Assembly: GCF_963921235.1 (NCBI RefSeq)
Contig: NC_086121.1
Coordinates: 17,546,001-17,610,000, forward strand
Origin: Mobula hypostoma
Lineage: Eukaryota
Length of the DNA: 64,000 nucleotides
Direction of reading: 5' to 3'
Shown here in pieces: positions 12,686 through 24,721 of the stretch. How positions within the stretch are numbered: the first letter of the stretch is position 1; the number at the start of each line of letters is the position of its first letter. Made by a program: the position numbers and the translations under genes. The notes beneath the pieces are model-generated. The model was given only the letters and a program-made list of their open reading frames with translations, did no database searches and was not told where the DNA came from.

Positions 12686-14390
12686 GTATGTTCAAAGTGA
12701 ACCCTTTCAACCATTGCAAAAATACTCAGTTAATATATACTCTTAATAATGTGCAAAGTACCAAATTCAGGATTTTAAGTCCAGCAGGAGGTACAAATTC
12801 CCAGTGTTTTGTGGTCATTTTAAATGAAGTCACACTTATACTTCAGTAGCTGCCTTTTTCAGCACTGTTTGATGAGTATTACAGTACATTGCTGGGATCA
12901 GGCTTGATGCACAAGATCTTGGTGGATGAGTTGCCAATGAAGCAAAGATGGCGAAGGCAGTTGGTAAAGTGGTAATGGGAAATGGCTTGGCTCTTTGGAG
13001 ATAAATGTTTGGTACTTGTCTGTTAAACCTTTGTTTTTAAACCTTTGCTTCACTGTTGTCCTGATCTTACCGCATGCAAATATAGAGTAAATTATTACCT
13101 AAGAAATAGCACACAGCCACACACTTAAACACTTTCAACTGTGACATTATTATAAACAGAGGATCACTGATGATTCTGGTATTCTGATGCTCCTGGAGAG
13201 GCCAGAATTTATTGCTTATTCAGCCGCTGAGAAGGATGTGATGAGATGGTTTATTGGTGCATTGTAAGAAAAAGCTTGTGGGACTGGGCGTTAGAAAGTA
13301 CATGTTAGCATTCAAGGTTAAGAGTTACAGGGAGAAGACAGAAAAATGGCAGTTAAGAAAAATAATGAGCCATGACTGAATGAAGAAGAAGACTTGATGG
13401 TCTTGAATGGTCTAATTATTTAATTAAATCTTATGGTCTTAACTAAGACAAAATAACAAAGTTATTTACAATGGGTTTAAAATGGGAAATGGAAGATTGT
13501 TGAGTGTTATCCACCACCTTTTGTTTCTCAGCTCCACAGGAAAAAATAATTTCCCTGTTAACCAGAGTTCCTCTTGTCCTCTCTCAGCACCCCATGAGCC
13601 TCCACATCCAGCACATCATTCTCCGCAACCTCCACCATCTTCGACAGGATCTTACCACTAAATACTTCTTTATCTCCCCCCGCCTGCTTTCTGCAGGGGT
13701 CGCTCCCTCTGTGATCCCCTTACCTATTCGTCTCCGCCACCCCCCATCGGTCTCCCTCTCGGTACTTATCCCTGCAAGCGGAGGAAGTGCTACAGTGTCC
13801 ATTCACCACGTCCTCTCACCTGGAAGGACTGTGTAGGACCTGATTCTATTCAGGGTCCCAAACAGTGCTTCCAGCTGAGACAGCACTTTACTTGTGAATC
13901 TGTTGGGGTCGTCCACTGTATCCACTGCTCCCAGTGAGGCCTCTTCTACATTGGTGAGACCCACCGTAGATTAAGAGACCACTTCGTTGAGCAGCTTTGC
14001 TCCATCCACAAAAGAGAAGCATTTCCCACTGGCCAACCATTTCAATTCCAATCCCCATTCCCATCCCAACATGTCGGTCCATGGCCTCCTTTAATGCCAC
14101 AATGAGGACGCTATGAGGTTGGAGGAACACACTTTATATTCCATATGGAAGGCCTCCAACTTGATAGCATGAACATCGATTTCTCTAATGGTAATTTTTT
14201 CCTCCCCCTTCCCTCTTCTTTCATTCCCCACCCTGGTTACCCTCTGGGCTCTTCTCTTCACCTGCCTATCAGCTCCCCCTGGTGCCCCTCCTTTCTCACA
14301 TGGTCCACTCTCCTCTCTTATCAGATTCCTTCTCTGTCATTTTACTTTCTTCACCTATTACCTCTCTGCTTTTTACTTCATTTTGCCTAT

Positions 14391-14494
14391 CCTCTCCCAC
14401 CTCCCGCTCCGTCCCCTCTCCCACCTCCAGCTCCGGCCCCTCTCCCACCTCCCGCTCCGGCCCCTCTCCCACCTCCCACTCTGTCCCCTCTCCC
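14391..14494. repeat. 24-bp minisatellite, ~4.3 copies
   Basis: Unit cctctcccacctcccgctccgKcc starting at 14391, 14415, 14439 and 14463. Confidence 0.9.
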
Positions 14495-14522
14495 TCCTTC
14501 TTATTCCGCTTTGTCCCCCTTC

Positions 14523-14560
14523 CAGTCCTGATGAAGGACCTCAGCCTGAAATGTTGACTG
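14523..14560 (+). ncRNA. Minimal hammerhead ribozyme motif
   Basis: cagtc CTGATGA AGG-acctcag-CCT GAAA TGTT gactg; perfect 5-bp stem I. Confidence 0.65.
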
Positions 14561-14909
14561 TTCATTTCCATGGACACTGCCTGACCTGCTGAGTTCCTCC
14601 AGCATTTTGTGCATGTTTCTCTGAATTTCTGCAGTCCTGTTCAGTAGCTCAAGTCTTATCCCCCCTGTGAGCATTGTCACTGTTTGCTTTGGCAGTTATC
14701 CTTTATAGGGAAGCAAAGGGAATGGTGGATATATTTGTAGCTTGAGATTTCTAAATTTGTATCTGATTTGTATTTCAATCTGGCATACTACTTAATAAAG
14801 GATGTTATTGTCTCATCAACATTTTTTTAAATAATCAACAACTATTTTTTATCTGCAATTAATGTGTGGTTTGTGGCTGAGTAACTGCTTCCTCTGATTC
14901 CCTTTACAG

Positions 14910-14935
14910 CGCACAGGGTTGACACGGATCGTTGA
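14910..14935 (+). CDS. DNAJC11: DNAJC11 terminal coding exon
   Basis: ccctttacag|CG CAC AGG GTT GAC ACG GAT CGT TGA = (S)HRVDTDR*; human protein ends SHRIDTDG*. Confidence 0.92.
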
Positions 14936-15252
14936 GGAGGAGATGTGCTACGATATGGGGTTGGACCTGAACAGAGATCAGCTGCTAAACATCTCCATAT
15001 ACCATAAATTAAAGAGAGAATGCACATATGATTATTTTTATGTATGTAGAGTTTTTTTGTTCTTTTCTGTGTATAGAAGATTAAAAAATGCTTTTACAGA
15101 TCACTAAAACATTTGGTCATGGATTTTCCATGTCATTTTTGTCACTGGATGCTGTAACAGTCTGAACTATTTCAGACCTTGTGTAGCAATTCCTGTGCTC
15201 TGGAAAAAAAAAGATTGTTTTAAGTCTATTTGATGTACAAAGAAATTAAAAA

Positions 15253-15282
15253 AATAAACCCAGATACTATTGCCATAATAAA
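15253..15282 (+). terminator. Tandem AATAAA polyadenylation signals of DNAJC11
   Basis: AATAAA at 15253-15258 and 15277-15282, ~320-345 nt after the stop, followed by a T-rich tract. Confidence 0.6.
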
Positions 15283-15768
15283 ACTTCCTTTTATTTAGTT
15301 TCCATTCTCCATCTGCAAATCTAGGCAGGTTATTTCAGCATTATGTGAAGGAAGATCATCATGTCTTCAATATCAGACTAGAAAGAGCCTTGTTCTAAAA
15401 GTATGTGTCTTTAATATCCTTTTAAAAGAATGTGCAGTAATTTTTCAGAAAACCTTATTTTAAGATGATTTCCTGGGAGAGAAATTTTACATTGTTATGA
15501 TCAATGGCTACCCATAACAAGACTCATTAAGTTATGATCCAGTTGGATTCTCTTCTGGGATAGTGAAGAGTTTTGCTGGATATTACTTGCTTCAGCTGCT
15601 CTGGGATCTGGAAATCTGGCAAAAACCAAAGTCAAAAAATGGCTAACAAGGTGTTAAGCATGAACAAAAATTGCTTGCATTTCTAAAGTGCCTTTAAAAG
15701 AGAGGTATGTACAGGCATAATCAGAGAAACATTGAGGGGCCTGGGTAATGATCTTGGAGGCCGGGTTA

Positions 15769-16845
15769 GAAACATAGAAAACCTAGAGCACAATACAGGC
15801 CCTTCGGCCCACAAAGCTGTGTCAAACATGATCTTACCTGAGAAATTACCTAGGGTTACCCATAGCCCTCTATTTTTCTGAGCTCCATGTACCTGTCCAG
15901 GAGTCTCTTAAAAGACCCTATCGTATTTGCCTCCACCACCGTTGCTGGCAGCCCATTCCACGCACTCACCACTCTCTGAGTTTTTAAAAAAAAACTTACC
16001 CCTGATAACTCCTCTGTACCTACTTCCAAGCACTTTAAAACTGTGCCCTCTCATGCTAGACATTTCAGCCCTGGGAAAATGACTATCCACATGATCAATG
16101 CCTCTCATCATCTTATACACCTCTATCAGGTCACCTTTCATCCTCCGTCGCTCCAAGGAAAGAAGTCCGAGTTCCCTCAACCTATTCTCATAAGGCATGT
16201 TCCCCAATCCAGGCAACATCCTTGTAAATCTCCTCTGCACCCTTTCTATGGTTTCCACATCCTATAGTGAGGCGACCAGAACTGAGCACAGTACTCCAAG
16301 TGGGGTCTGACCAGGGTCCTATATAGCTGCAACATTACCTCTCTGCTCCTAAGCTCAATCCCATGATTGATGCAGGCCAATGCACCATATGATTTCTTAA
16401 CCACAGAGTCAACCTGCGCAGCAGCTTTGAGTGTCCTATGGACTCGGACCCCAAGATCCCTTTGATCCTCCACACTGCCAAGAGTCTTACCATTAATACT
16501 ATATTCTGTCATCATATTTGACCTACCAAATGAACCACCTCACACTTAACTGGGCTGAACTCCATCTGCCACTTCTCAGCCCATTTTTGCATCTATCAAT
16601 GTCCCACTGTAACCTCTGACAGCCCTCCACACCATCCACAACACCTCCAACCTTTGTGCCATCAGCAAATTTACTAACCCATCCTCCACTTCTTCATTCA
16701 GGTCATTTATAAAAAATCACAAAGAGGAGGGGTCCCAGAATAGATCCCTGAGGCATACCACTGGTGATTGACCTCCATGCAGAATATGACCCATCTACAA
16801 CCACTCTTTGCCTTCAGTCAAATGCCTTGCTGAAATCCACATACA
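15769..16845 (-). mobile_element. 5'-truncated CR1-type LINE (RT C-terminus plus 3' tail)
   Basis: ORFs QRDLGVRVHRTLK...LVRPHLEYCAQFWSPHY and IERVQRRFTRMLPGL; aaacatagaaaac tail. Confidence 0.9.
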
Positions 16846-18203
16846 AATAACAATTGTAATCAGATAACAATTCAGCATTGCACAAGAGAAGTTGACATTG
16901 GGTTGGGTGTCTGAAGTTTGTTTCCAGTATACGTTTGGCAGGGTGTTAAAAGAGCAGTGAGATTTGGAGAGGTTTTAAGACATCATTTAAAATCTTAAAG
17001 CCTAATAGCATAGCTGCTGCTTACAAGGAAATGGAAATTCAGGTCTATGAAAAGTTTGAGTTACAAGTTTTTGTAAAGTTCTCAGAGGAATGTGTAAAGT
17101 CAGCTGAGGCAATAGGGTTTTTTTTAAAGGAGTATTTAAAATCCAGGCCCAAGTAATTTAGCAAGGAACCAGGGTGATTGTTAATTGTGAGTTAGGACAG
17201 AGGCAGCAGAATGGAAGGAGTCTGAGTTAGTGATAAATGGAAGATGGCATGTCAGTCAGGAGAACATTAAAACTGAGTCTATAGGAAATGAAGGCACGTT
17301 TTGGGCTCAGGTAATGACAGAATGAAGATGGGCAATATCATGAAGGTGAAAGTTGCTTGTCTTTGTGAATTAGTGTTTGTCAAGTCAGAAGGTCACCAAA
17401 AATGCTGATAATGCCATCAGTCCAGTTCAACCTAAGACAAGCCATGTAGATAATAAGCATTGTATCTTTTTCTTTTGTGCCTCCAAATTTTCTGGGAGAA
17501 GATAACCACCTTTAATCTCCAAATATTTTGTACACCAAGTTCATAAATCATAATTCTCAAACACAAAAATGGTTATAGTACTTCATACTCTACAATGAAA
17601 TTGAAGTATCACTTTTCACAAATGAGGTATTATGAATTTTTTTTATAGACCAAACATTACACCTGGTCTTTACATAGACAGTGTGAGGTGCAAGACAAAT
17701 AATTATTTTGGACAATGGAACCAAAGCACAACCTATCCCTTCAATAGTTTCAAATGAAGGAGCAAATGTATCTGTTCTCAATGTAGGAATGTTGATCATG
17801 CTATCTGCAAGATCAATAGAATAATAGATTGAAAGAGGGAATCCCACACAGTAGCTGCAGCTTCTAACAGACCACGTTCAGCAGTTGGAGCTGGAACTGG
17901 ATGAACTCCAGATCATTCGAGAGGCTAATGGACAGGACATACAGGGAGGTAATTACACCCAAGGTGCAGGGCATGGGTAACTGGGTGACTGTCAAGAAGG
18001 GAAAAGGGGATAGGCAGCTCAGTGGCCATTCCCCTCAACAAAAGGTTGGATACCGTGGGGGGAGGGGAGCTGTACAGAAGAGACTGCTGGCACCTAAACT
18101 AGAGGGGGACTAACATCCCAGTGGGAGGCTTTGCTAGTGCTGCACAACAGTGGGAGGTGGGGTGTTAAATTAGAGTTGCAGTGGGATGGGAACATTGGAT
18201 ACT

Positions 18204-18232
18204 GTGTGTGTATGTGTGTGTGTGTGTGTGTG
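18204..18232. repeat. (TG)n microsatellite
   Basis: gtgtgtgtatgtgtgtgtgtgtgtgtgtg. Confidence 0.9.
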
Positions 18233-19750
18233 GGGAGGGGGGGTGGTGTGACCTATTAGAGGATAGCCATAGCAGTCAGGTCTCTGGCACTGTCTAGCTC
18301 TATGGCTCAGAAGGGAAGGGATGAGCTGTAGTGATAGGGGACTTGTTGGTTAAGAAACAGAAAGGAGGTTCTGTGGGCGAGAGCAAGATTCCCGATAGTT
18401 TGTTGCCTCCCAGGCGCCAGGATCTGTAACATCTTGGATTCTTAAATGGGAGGGTGAGCATCTAGAGAGATTGTGGTCCACGGCGGTACTACTGACATAG
18501 GCAGGCGGGGTGACGAGATGCTGCAAAGCGAATTCAGAGGGTTAGGTGCCAAGTTAAATGATAGGACCTCCAGAACTGTGATCTCAGGATTGCTAGAGGC
18601 CAGAAATAGGAAAATCATACAATTTAACTTGTGGCTAACGAGTTGGTGCAGGAGGGAGGGCTTCAGATTTTTGGATCATTGAGCTCTCTTCCAGGGAGAG
18701 TAGGACCTGGACAGTTTGATCCTGAACTGGAGGAAGACTAATATCCTTGCAGGAAGGTTTGCTAGTGTTGCATGGGGAGGGGGTTAAACTAGAGTTACAA
18801 GGGGATGGGAACCAAAGTGCCAGAACAGATAGTGGAGAAAGATATTGTTAAGTCGACATACAAGGTCAGGAATCAAAAGGTTGAGTATTGTGGGACTAAT
18901 ATTCTGAGTTGTGTGCATTTCAATGCAAGAAGTATTGGAGGAAAGGTGGATGAGATTAGGGCATGGATCAGCACATGGAATTATTACAGTGTAATCATTA
19001 GTGAAACTGAATTGCAAGAGGGGACAGGACTGTTGGCTCAATGTTCTGGTGTTCTGTTCTAGATGTGATAGAGCAGGAGGGATTAGAGGGTAAGGGGTGG
19101 CATTACTAGTCAGGGAAAATGTCACAGCTGTGCTCACTCAGGACAGACTGAAGACCTCATCGAGTGAGGCTTTCTGGATAGACAGTGCCTATAAAAAGCA
19201 TTCAACCACCCCCCCAGAAGTTTTTGTTTTTTTATTGTTTTACAACATTGAATCACAGTGGATTTACTTTGGCTTTTTTGATACTGATCAATAGAAAAGA
19301 CTTTCTTGTCGTGAAAGCAAATTTCAACAAATTGGCCAAACTTATTACAATTATTAAACACAATAGTTGATTGCCTCACCCCTTCAAGTCAAGACAAGTA
19401 TTTAGTAGATGCAGCTTTGGCAGCAATTAAAGCTTTGAGTCTCTGTGGATAGGTCTCTATCAGCTTTGCACATCTGCACACTGCAATTTTCACCATTCTC
19501 CTTTACAAAACTGCTCAAGCTCTGTCAGGGATTGTGAGTGAACAACCTTTTTTCCAAGTCCAGCCTTAAATTCTCAATTGGTTTGAAGTCTGGACTCTGA
19601 CTTGGCCTCTCCATGGCATTAACTTTGTTGTTCTTAAGCCATTCCTTGATAGCTTTGGGTTTATGCTTGGGGTCATTGTCTTGCTGGAAAACATTCTTCT
19701 CCCAAGTCAGTTCTCTTGCAGACGGCATCAGATTTTCCTCCAGGATTTTC

Positions 19751-20016
19751 CACTCAGCCAACACACTTTTCGTCCCTCTTCCCTCCAGGAGCAGGTTCAG
19801 GAGCTTGAAGACTCGTATGGCCAGATTTGGGAACAGCTTCTTTCCAACTGTGATAAGACTGCTGAACAGATCCTGACCCGGATCTGGGCTGTACCCTCCA
19901 AATATCCGGACCTGCCTCTCGGTTTTTTTGCATTACCTTACTTCCCATTTTCTATTTTCTATTTATGATTTATAATTTAAATATTTAATATTTACTAATT
20001 TTAACAATTTTTAATA
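19751..20016 (+). mobile_element. Non-LTR retroelement 3' fragment (Rex1/Babar-like) inserted in Tc1 A; tail resumes at 21447-21460
   Basis: HSANTLFVPLPSRSRFRSLKTRMARFGNSFFPTVIRLLN; flanked by the near-duplicate gattttcc / gatttccc. Confidence 0.75.
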
Positions 20017-21446
20017 CAAACCCCATTTCTAGAAAAGTTGGGATATTTTCCAAAATGCAATAAAAACAAAAATCTGTGATATGTTAATTCATGTGAACCT
20101 TTATTTAACTGACAAAAGTACAAAGAAAAGATTTTCAATAGTTTTACTGACCAACTTAATTGTACTTTGTAAATATACACAAACTTAGAATTTGATGGCT
20201 GCAACACACTCAACAAAAGTTGGGACAAACCCCTTTGTGCCAAAATTCGTGAGAGAATTGTTAGTCAGTTCAAAAGGAACATTTCTCAACTCAAGATTGC
20301 AGAGAATTTAGGCCTTTCAACATCTACAGTACATAATATAGTGAAAAGATTCAGAGACATCTCAGTGTGTAAAGGGCAAGGTCGGAAACCACTGTTGAAT
20401 GCGCGTGATCTTCGAGCCCTCAGACGGCACTGCCTAAGAAACCGTCATGCTACTGTGACAATTATAGCCACCTGGGCTCGGGAGTACTTCGGAAAACCAT
20501 TGTCACTCAACACAGTCCGTCGCTGCATCCAGAAATGCAACCTGAAACTGTATTACGCAAGGAGGAAGCCATACATCAACTCTATACAGAAACGCCGGCG
20601 AGTTCTCTGGGCCCGAGTTCATCTCATATGGTAGAAAGACTGTGGAACCGTGTGCTGTGGTCAGATGAGTCCACATTTCAGCTAGTTTTCGGAAAAAACG
20701 GGCGTCACGTTCTCCGTGCCAAAGATGAAAACGACCATCCAGATTGTTATCAGCAAAAAGTGCAAAAGCCAACATCTGTGATGGTATGGGGGTGCATCAG
20801 TGCCCACGGCATGGGTGAGTTGTACGTATGTGAAGGTACCATTGACTCTGAGGCGAATGTTAGGATTTTAGAGAGACTTATGTCGCCATCAAGGCGATGT
20901 CTCTTCCCGGGACGTCCATGCTTATTCAGCAGGGCAATGCCAGACCACATTCTGCATGGGCTACAATACCGTGGCTTTGTAGACACAGAGTGCGTGTGCT
21001 TGACTGGCCTGCTGCCAGTCCAGATCTATCTCCTATTGAAAACGTATGGCGCATCATGAAGAGGAGAATCAGACAACAGAGACCACGGACTGTTGAGCAG
21101 CTGAAGTCTTATATCAAGCAAGAATGGACAAAATTTCCAATTGCAAATCTATTACAATTAGTATCCTCAGTTCCAAAACGATTAGAAAGTGTTAGTAAAA
21201 GGAAAGGTGATGTAACATAATGGTAAACATGCCTCTGTCCCAACTTTTGTTGAGTGTGTTGCAGCCATCAAATTCTAAATTTGCGAATGTTTACAAAATA
21301 TAATTAAGTTGGTCAGTAAATCTATTGAAAATCTTTTCTTTGTACTTTTGTCAGTTAAATAAAGGTTCACGTGAATTAACATATCACAGATTTTTGTTTT
21401 TATTGCATTTTGGAAAATATCCCAACTTTTCTGGAAATGGGGTTTG
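20017..21446 (+). mobile_element. Tc1-like DNA transposon B (IR/DR type, ~210-bp TIRs, disrupted DD34E transposase)
   Basis: TA|caaaccccatttctagaaaagttggga ... tcccaacttttctggaaatggggtttg|TA; ORF pieces GQGRKP, VLWSDES, VMVWGCIS, QQGNARPH, WPAASPDLSPIENVW. Confidence 0.95.
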
Positions 21447-24400
21447 TATAAAGTATAAAGATTTCCCTGATTTTGCTGCATTCATTTAACCTTCTATTGT
21501 TACAATCCTTCCAGGGTCTGCTGCAATGAAGCATCTCTCACTCATCTCCTTCTTGCACAGTCAATCAGTTTTTGAGTACAGCCTGCTCTAGGCAGATTTA
21601 CAGCTGTCATATTCTTTACATTTTTTGATGATTGACTTGAATACTCCAAAGGATATTCAGTGACTTGGAAATTTTCTTGTATCCATCTCCTGACTTCTGC
21701 TTTTCAATAACCTTTTCATGGAGTTGCTTGGAGTGTTCTTTGTTTTCATGGTACAGTTTTTGCCAGGATACTGACACATCAGATGTTGGACCTTCCAGAT
21801 ACAGGTGCATTTTTAATACAATCAATTGAAACACCTTGACTGCACACAGATGATCTCCATTTAACTAATTATGTGACTTCTGAAACCAATTGGCTGCACC
21901 AGTGATGATTTGGTGAGTCATATTAAAGGGGATGAATACTTATGCAATCAATTATTTTGTTTTATATTTGTAATTAATTTAAATCACTTTGTAGAGATGT
22001 TTTCACTTTTTTTTGTTGATCAGTGTCAAAAAAAAGCTAAATTAAATCCACTGTAATTCAATGTTGTAAAACTATAAAACATGAAAACTTTAAATTTAGG
22101 GGGGGGTGAATTCTTTTTATAGGCACTGTAACTGAGAAATAAGAAAGGTATGACCATATTAATGGGATTATCTTATAGACTATCCCAAAGTCCGTGGAAT
22201 TTAGAGGAGCAAATTTGTAGGGAGTTTGCAGACTGGCAAGAAATACAAGGTTGTGATAGTAGGTGATGTTAACTTTCCACATATTGACTGGGACTCCCAT
22301 TCTGTACAAGGGCTGGATGGGAAAAGAGTTTGTCAGATTTGTTCAGGTAGGTTTCCTTAATCAGTACATAGAAATCCAAACTAGAGAGAGTGTGATACCA
22401 GATCTCCTATTAGGGAATGAGAAAGGGGAATTAACAGATGTTCGTGTAGAGATCTCTTTGCCTCTGGTGACCGTAACGTCTTCAAAAGTGAAATATTGAG
22501 AACAGAATTTATATGTTCCTGTCCGAAATAGACTTATGGAACCTTGGTTTTCGAGAGATATTGAGACCCTAGTTAGGAAGAGGTGCAGAGCTGGTATAGG
22601 CAGGCAGGAGCAAATGGGGTACTGAAGGAGTGAAAGAAGTGCAAGAGAACTCTTAAGAAGAAAATCAGGTGGGCTAAAAGAAGACATGAGGTTGCTCTAG
22701 CAGACAAGGTAAAGGAATCCTAAGAGATTCTATGGTTATATTAAGAGCAAAAGGATAGCAAGACACTAAATTGGTCGTCTGGGAGATCAGACAGGTAATC
22801 TATGCATGGAGCCTAAAGAGATGGGGGAGACCTTAAACGGACTTTTTTGCATCTGTATTTACAAACACAGTTGATAGGTGTGAGGCAATTTAGCAGCAAA
22901 GTCATGGTCCATATACAGAATATAGAGGAGGAGGTTTTTGTTGTCTTGAGGCAAATTGGGATGGATAAATCCCCAGGGCCTGACAGTGTGTTCCCTCAAA
23001 CCCTGTGGGAGCTAGTGCAGAAATTGCAAGGGCTCTAGCAGATATTTAAAACATCCTTAACCATTGCTGAGGTGTCAGGGGATTGGCACCTAATGATGTT
23101 CTGATGTTTAAGAAAGGCTCCAAGAATAAACCAAGAAATTATATGTCAAGTGAGTTTGACTTCAGTGGTGGAAAAGTTATTGGTATAAGTATTTTGATGG
23201 AAAGGAAAGGAACTGACTAGGGATAGCCAACATGGCTTTGTGCATGGTAGGCAGAGTCTAACTAATCTTATAGAGCTTTTTGACAAATTTACGGGCGTAG
23301 TTCATGGAGGCCTGGCAGTGGATGTTGTCTACATGGACTTCAGCAAGGCATTTGACAAGGCCCTGCATGGGAGGCTGGTCAAGAAGTTCAGTCACTTGGC
23401 ATTCAAGATGAGGCGATAAACTAGTTTGGACACTGGCTTCGCGGAAAAAGCCAGTGTAATTGTAGATGATTGCCTCTCTGACTGGAAATCTATGACTAGT
23501 GGTGGGCTGCAGGGATTGGAGCTGGGTCAGATGTTGTTTGTCATCTGTATCAGTGATCTGGATGATAATGTGGTGAACTGGATTAGTAAATTTGCAGTTG
23601 ACATCAAGATTGGGGGTGCAGTGGATAGCAAGGAAACTTGCAGCAGGATCGGGATCAGCTGGAAAAATGGCAGGTGGAATTTAATACAGGCAGCTGTGAG
23701 GTATTGCACTTTGGTAGGACCAGCCAGGGTAGGTTTTACACAGTGAGTGGTAGGGCACTGAAGAGTGTGGTAGAACAGAGGAATCTGGGAAACCATAATT
23801 CCTTGAAAGTGGTGTCACAAGCAGATAGGGTCGTAAAGAAAGCTTTTGACACACTGGCCTTCATGGGTCAATGTACTGATTACAGGAGTTGGGATGTTAT
23901 GTTGAAATTGAGTAAGATGTTGGTGAGACCTAATCTGAAGTATTGTGTGCATTTTTGGTCATCTATCTACAGGGAAGATGTAAGTAAGAGTGCAGACCAA
24001 ATTTACAAGGAAGTTTCTGGGACTTGAGGACCTGAGTTTAAATATTGGGAAAGGCTGAATAGGTTAAGAATTTATTCCCTAGAACTTGGAAGACTGAAGG
24101 GAGATTTGATAGAGATATACAAAATTATGAGGGGTATAGATAGGGTAAATGCAAACAGGCTTTTTCCACTGAGATTGAGTGGGACTGCAACTAGATGTCG
24201 TGGGTTAAAGAGGAAAGGTGAAATGTTTACGAGGAAAATGAGGGGGAACTTCTTCACTCAGAGGATGGTGAGTGTCTGGAGCGAGCTGCGAGCACCATTG
24301 GTGGATGTGGGTTTGATTTCAAAATTAAAGAGAAATTTGGATAGGTACATGGATGGAGATCTGTGGTCTGGGTGCAGGTCAATGGCACCAGGCAGATTAA

Positions 24401-24511
24401 TGGCTTAGCACAGTGTAGATGGGCTGAAGGGCTTGTTTCTTTACTGTAGTGTTCCATGATAATAATGAGCCACCCTCTTTTTTGGATAAAACAAACAAAA
24501 TGTTATGACAA

Positions 24512-24721
24512 ACAAGAGAAAATCTGCAGATGTTGGAAATCAAAGTAACACACAAAATGCTGCAGGAACTCAGCAGGCCAGGTAGCATCTATGGAAAAGA
24601 GTACAGTTGACGTTTCAGGCCAAGATCCTGATGAAGTGTCTTGGCCCAAAATGTCGATTGTTTTCTCTTTTCCAAAGATGCTGCTTGGCCTGATGAGTTC
24701 CTCCAAAATTTTGTCTGTATT
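24512..24721. mobile_element. Non-coding palindromic Penelope-derived mini-element with 15-bp TSD
   Basis: Two inverted terminal-repeat arms; TSD AAAATGTTATGACAA (24497-24511) / AAAATATTATGACAA (24722-24736); degenerate hammerhead halves at the centre. Confidence 0.82.

Larger units (their letters stand above)
13550..14632 (+). mobile_element. Penelope-like element 3' portion (decayed GIY-YIG plus terminal repeat) in the last DNAJC11 intron
   Basis: Colinear with 8540-9561 (VPLVL, tacattggtgagacc, gaggttggaggaacac); ends with the hammerhead-bearing terminal repeat. Confidence 0.85.
19183..22128 (-). mobile_element. Tc1-like DNA transposon A (decayed, ~200-bp TIRs), interrupted at 19751-21460
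   Basis: TIRs cagtgcctataaaaag...cccccc / gggggg...tttttataggcactg|TA; transposase remnants VFQQDNDPKHK, SQSPDFKPIENL, KSGDGYKKISKSLNI. Confidence 0.9.
17845..24455 (+). mobile_element. Near full-length decayed CR1-type LINE interrupted by nested elements at 19183-22128
   Basis: ORF1 esterase (VHGGTTDIG; WCRREGFRFLDH), endonuclease (HFNARSIGGKVDE), RT (atggacttcagcaaggcatttgacaag = MDFSKAFDK; SKFAVD), C-terminus (LVRPNLKYCVHFW). Confidence 0.9.

Noticed and set aside
14391-14494. CRISPR-like array
   Set aside because: Contiguous tandem units without unique spacers, in a vertebrate intron; no cas genes
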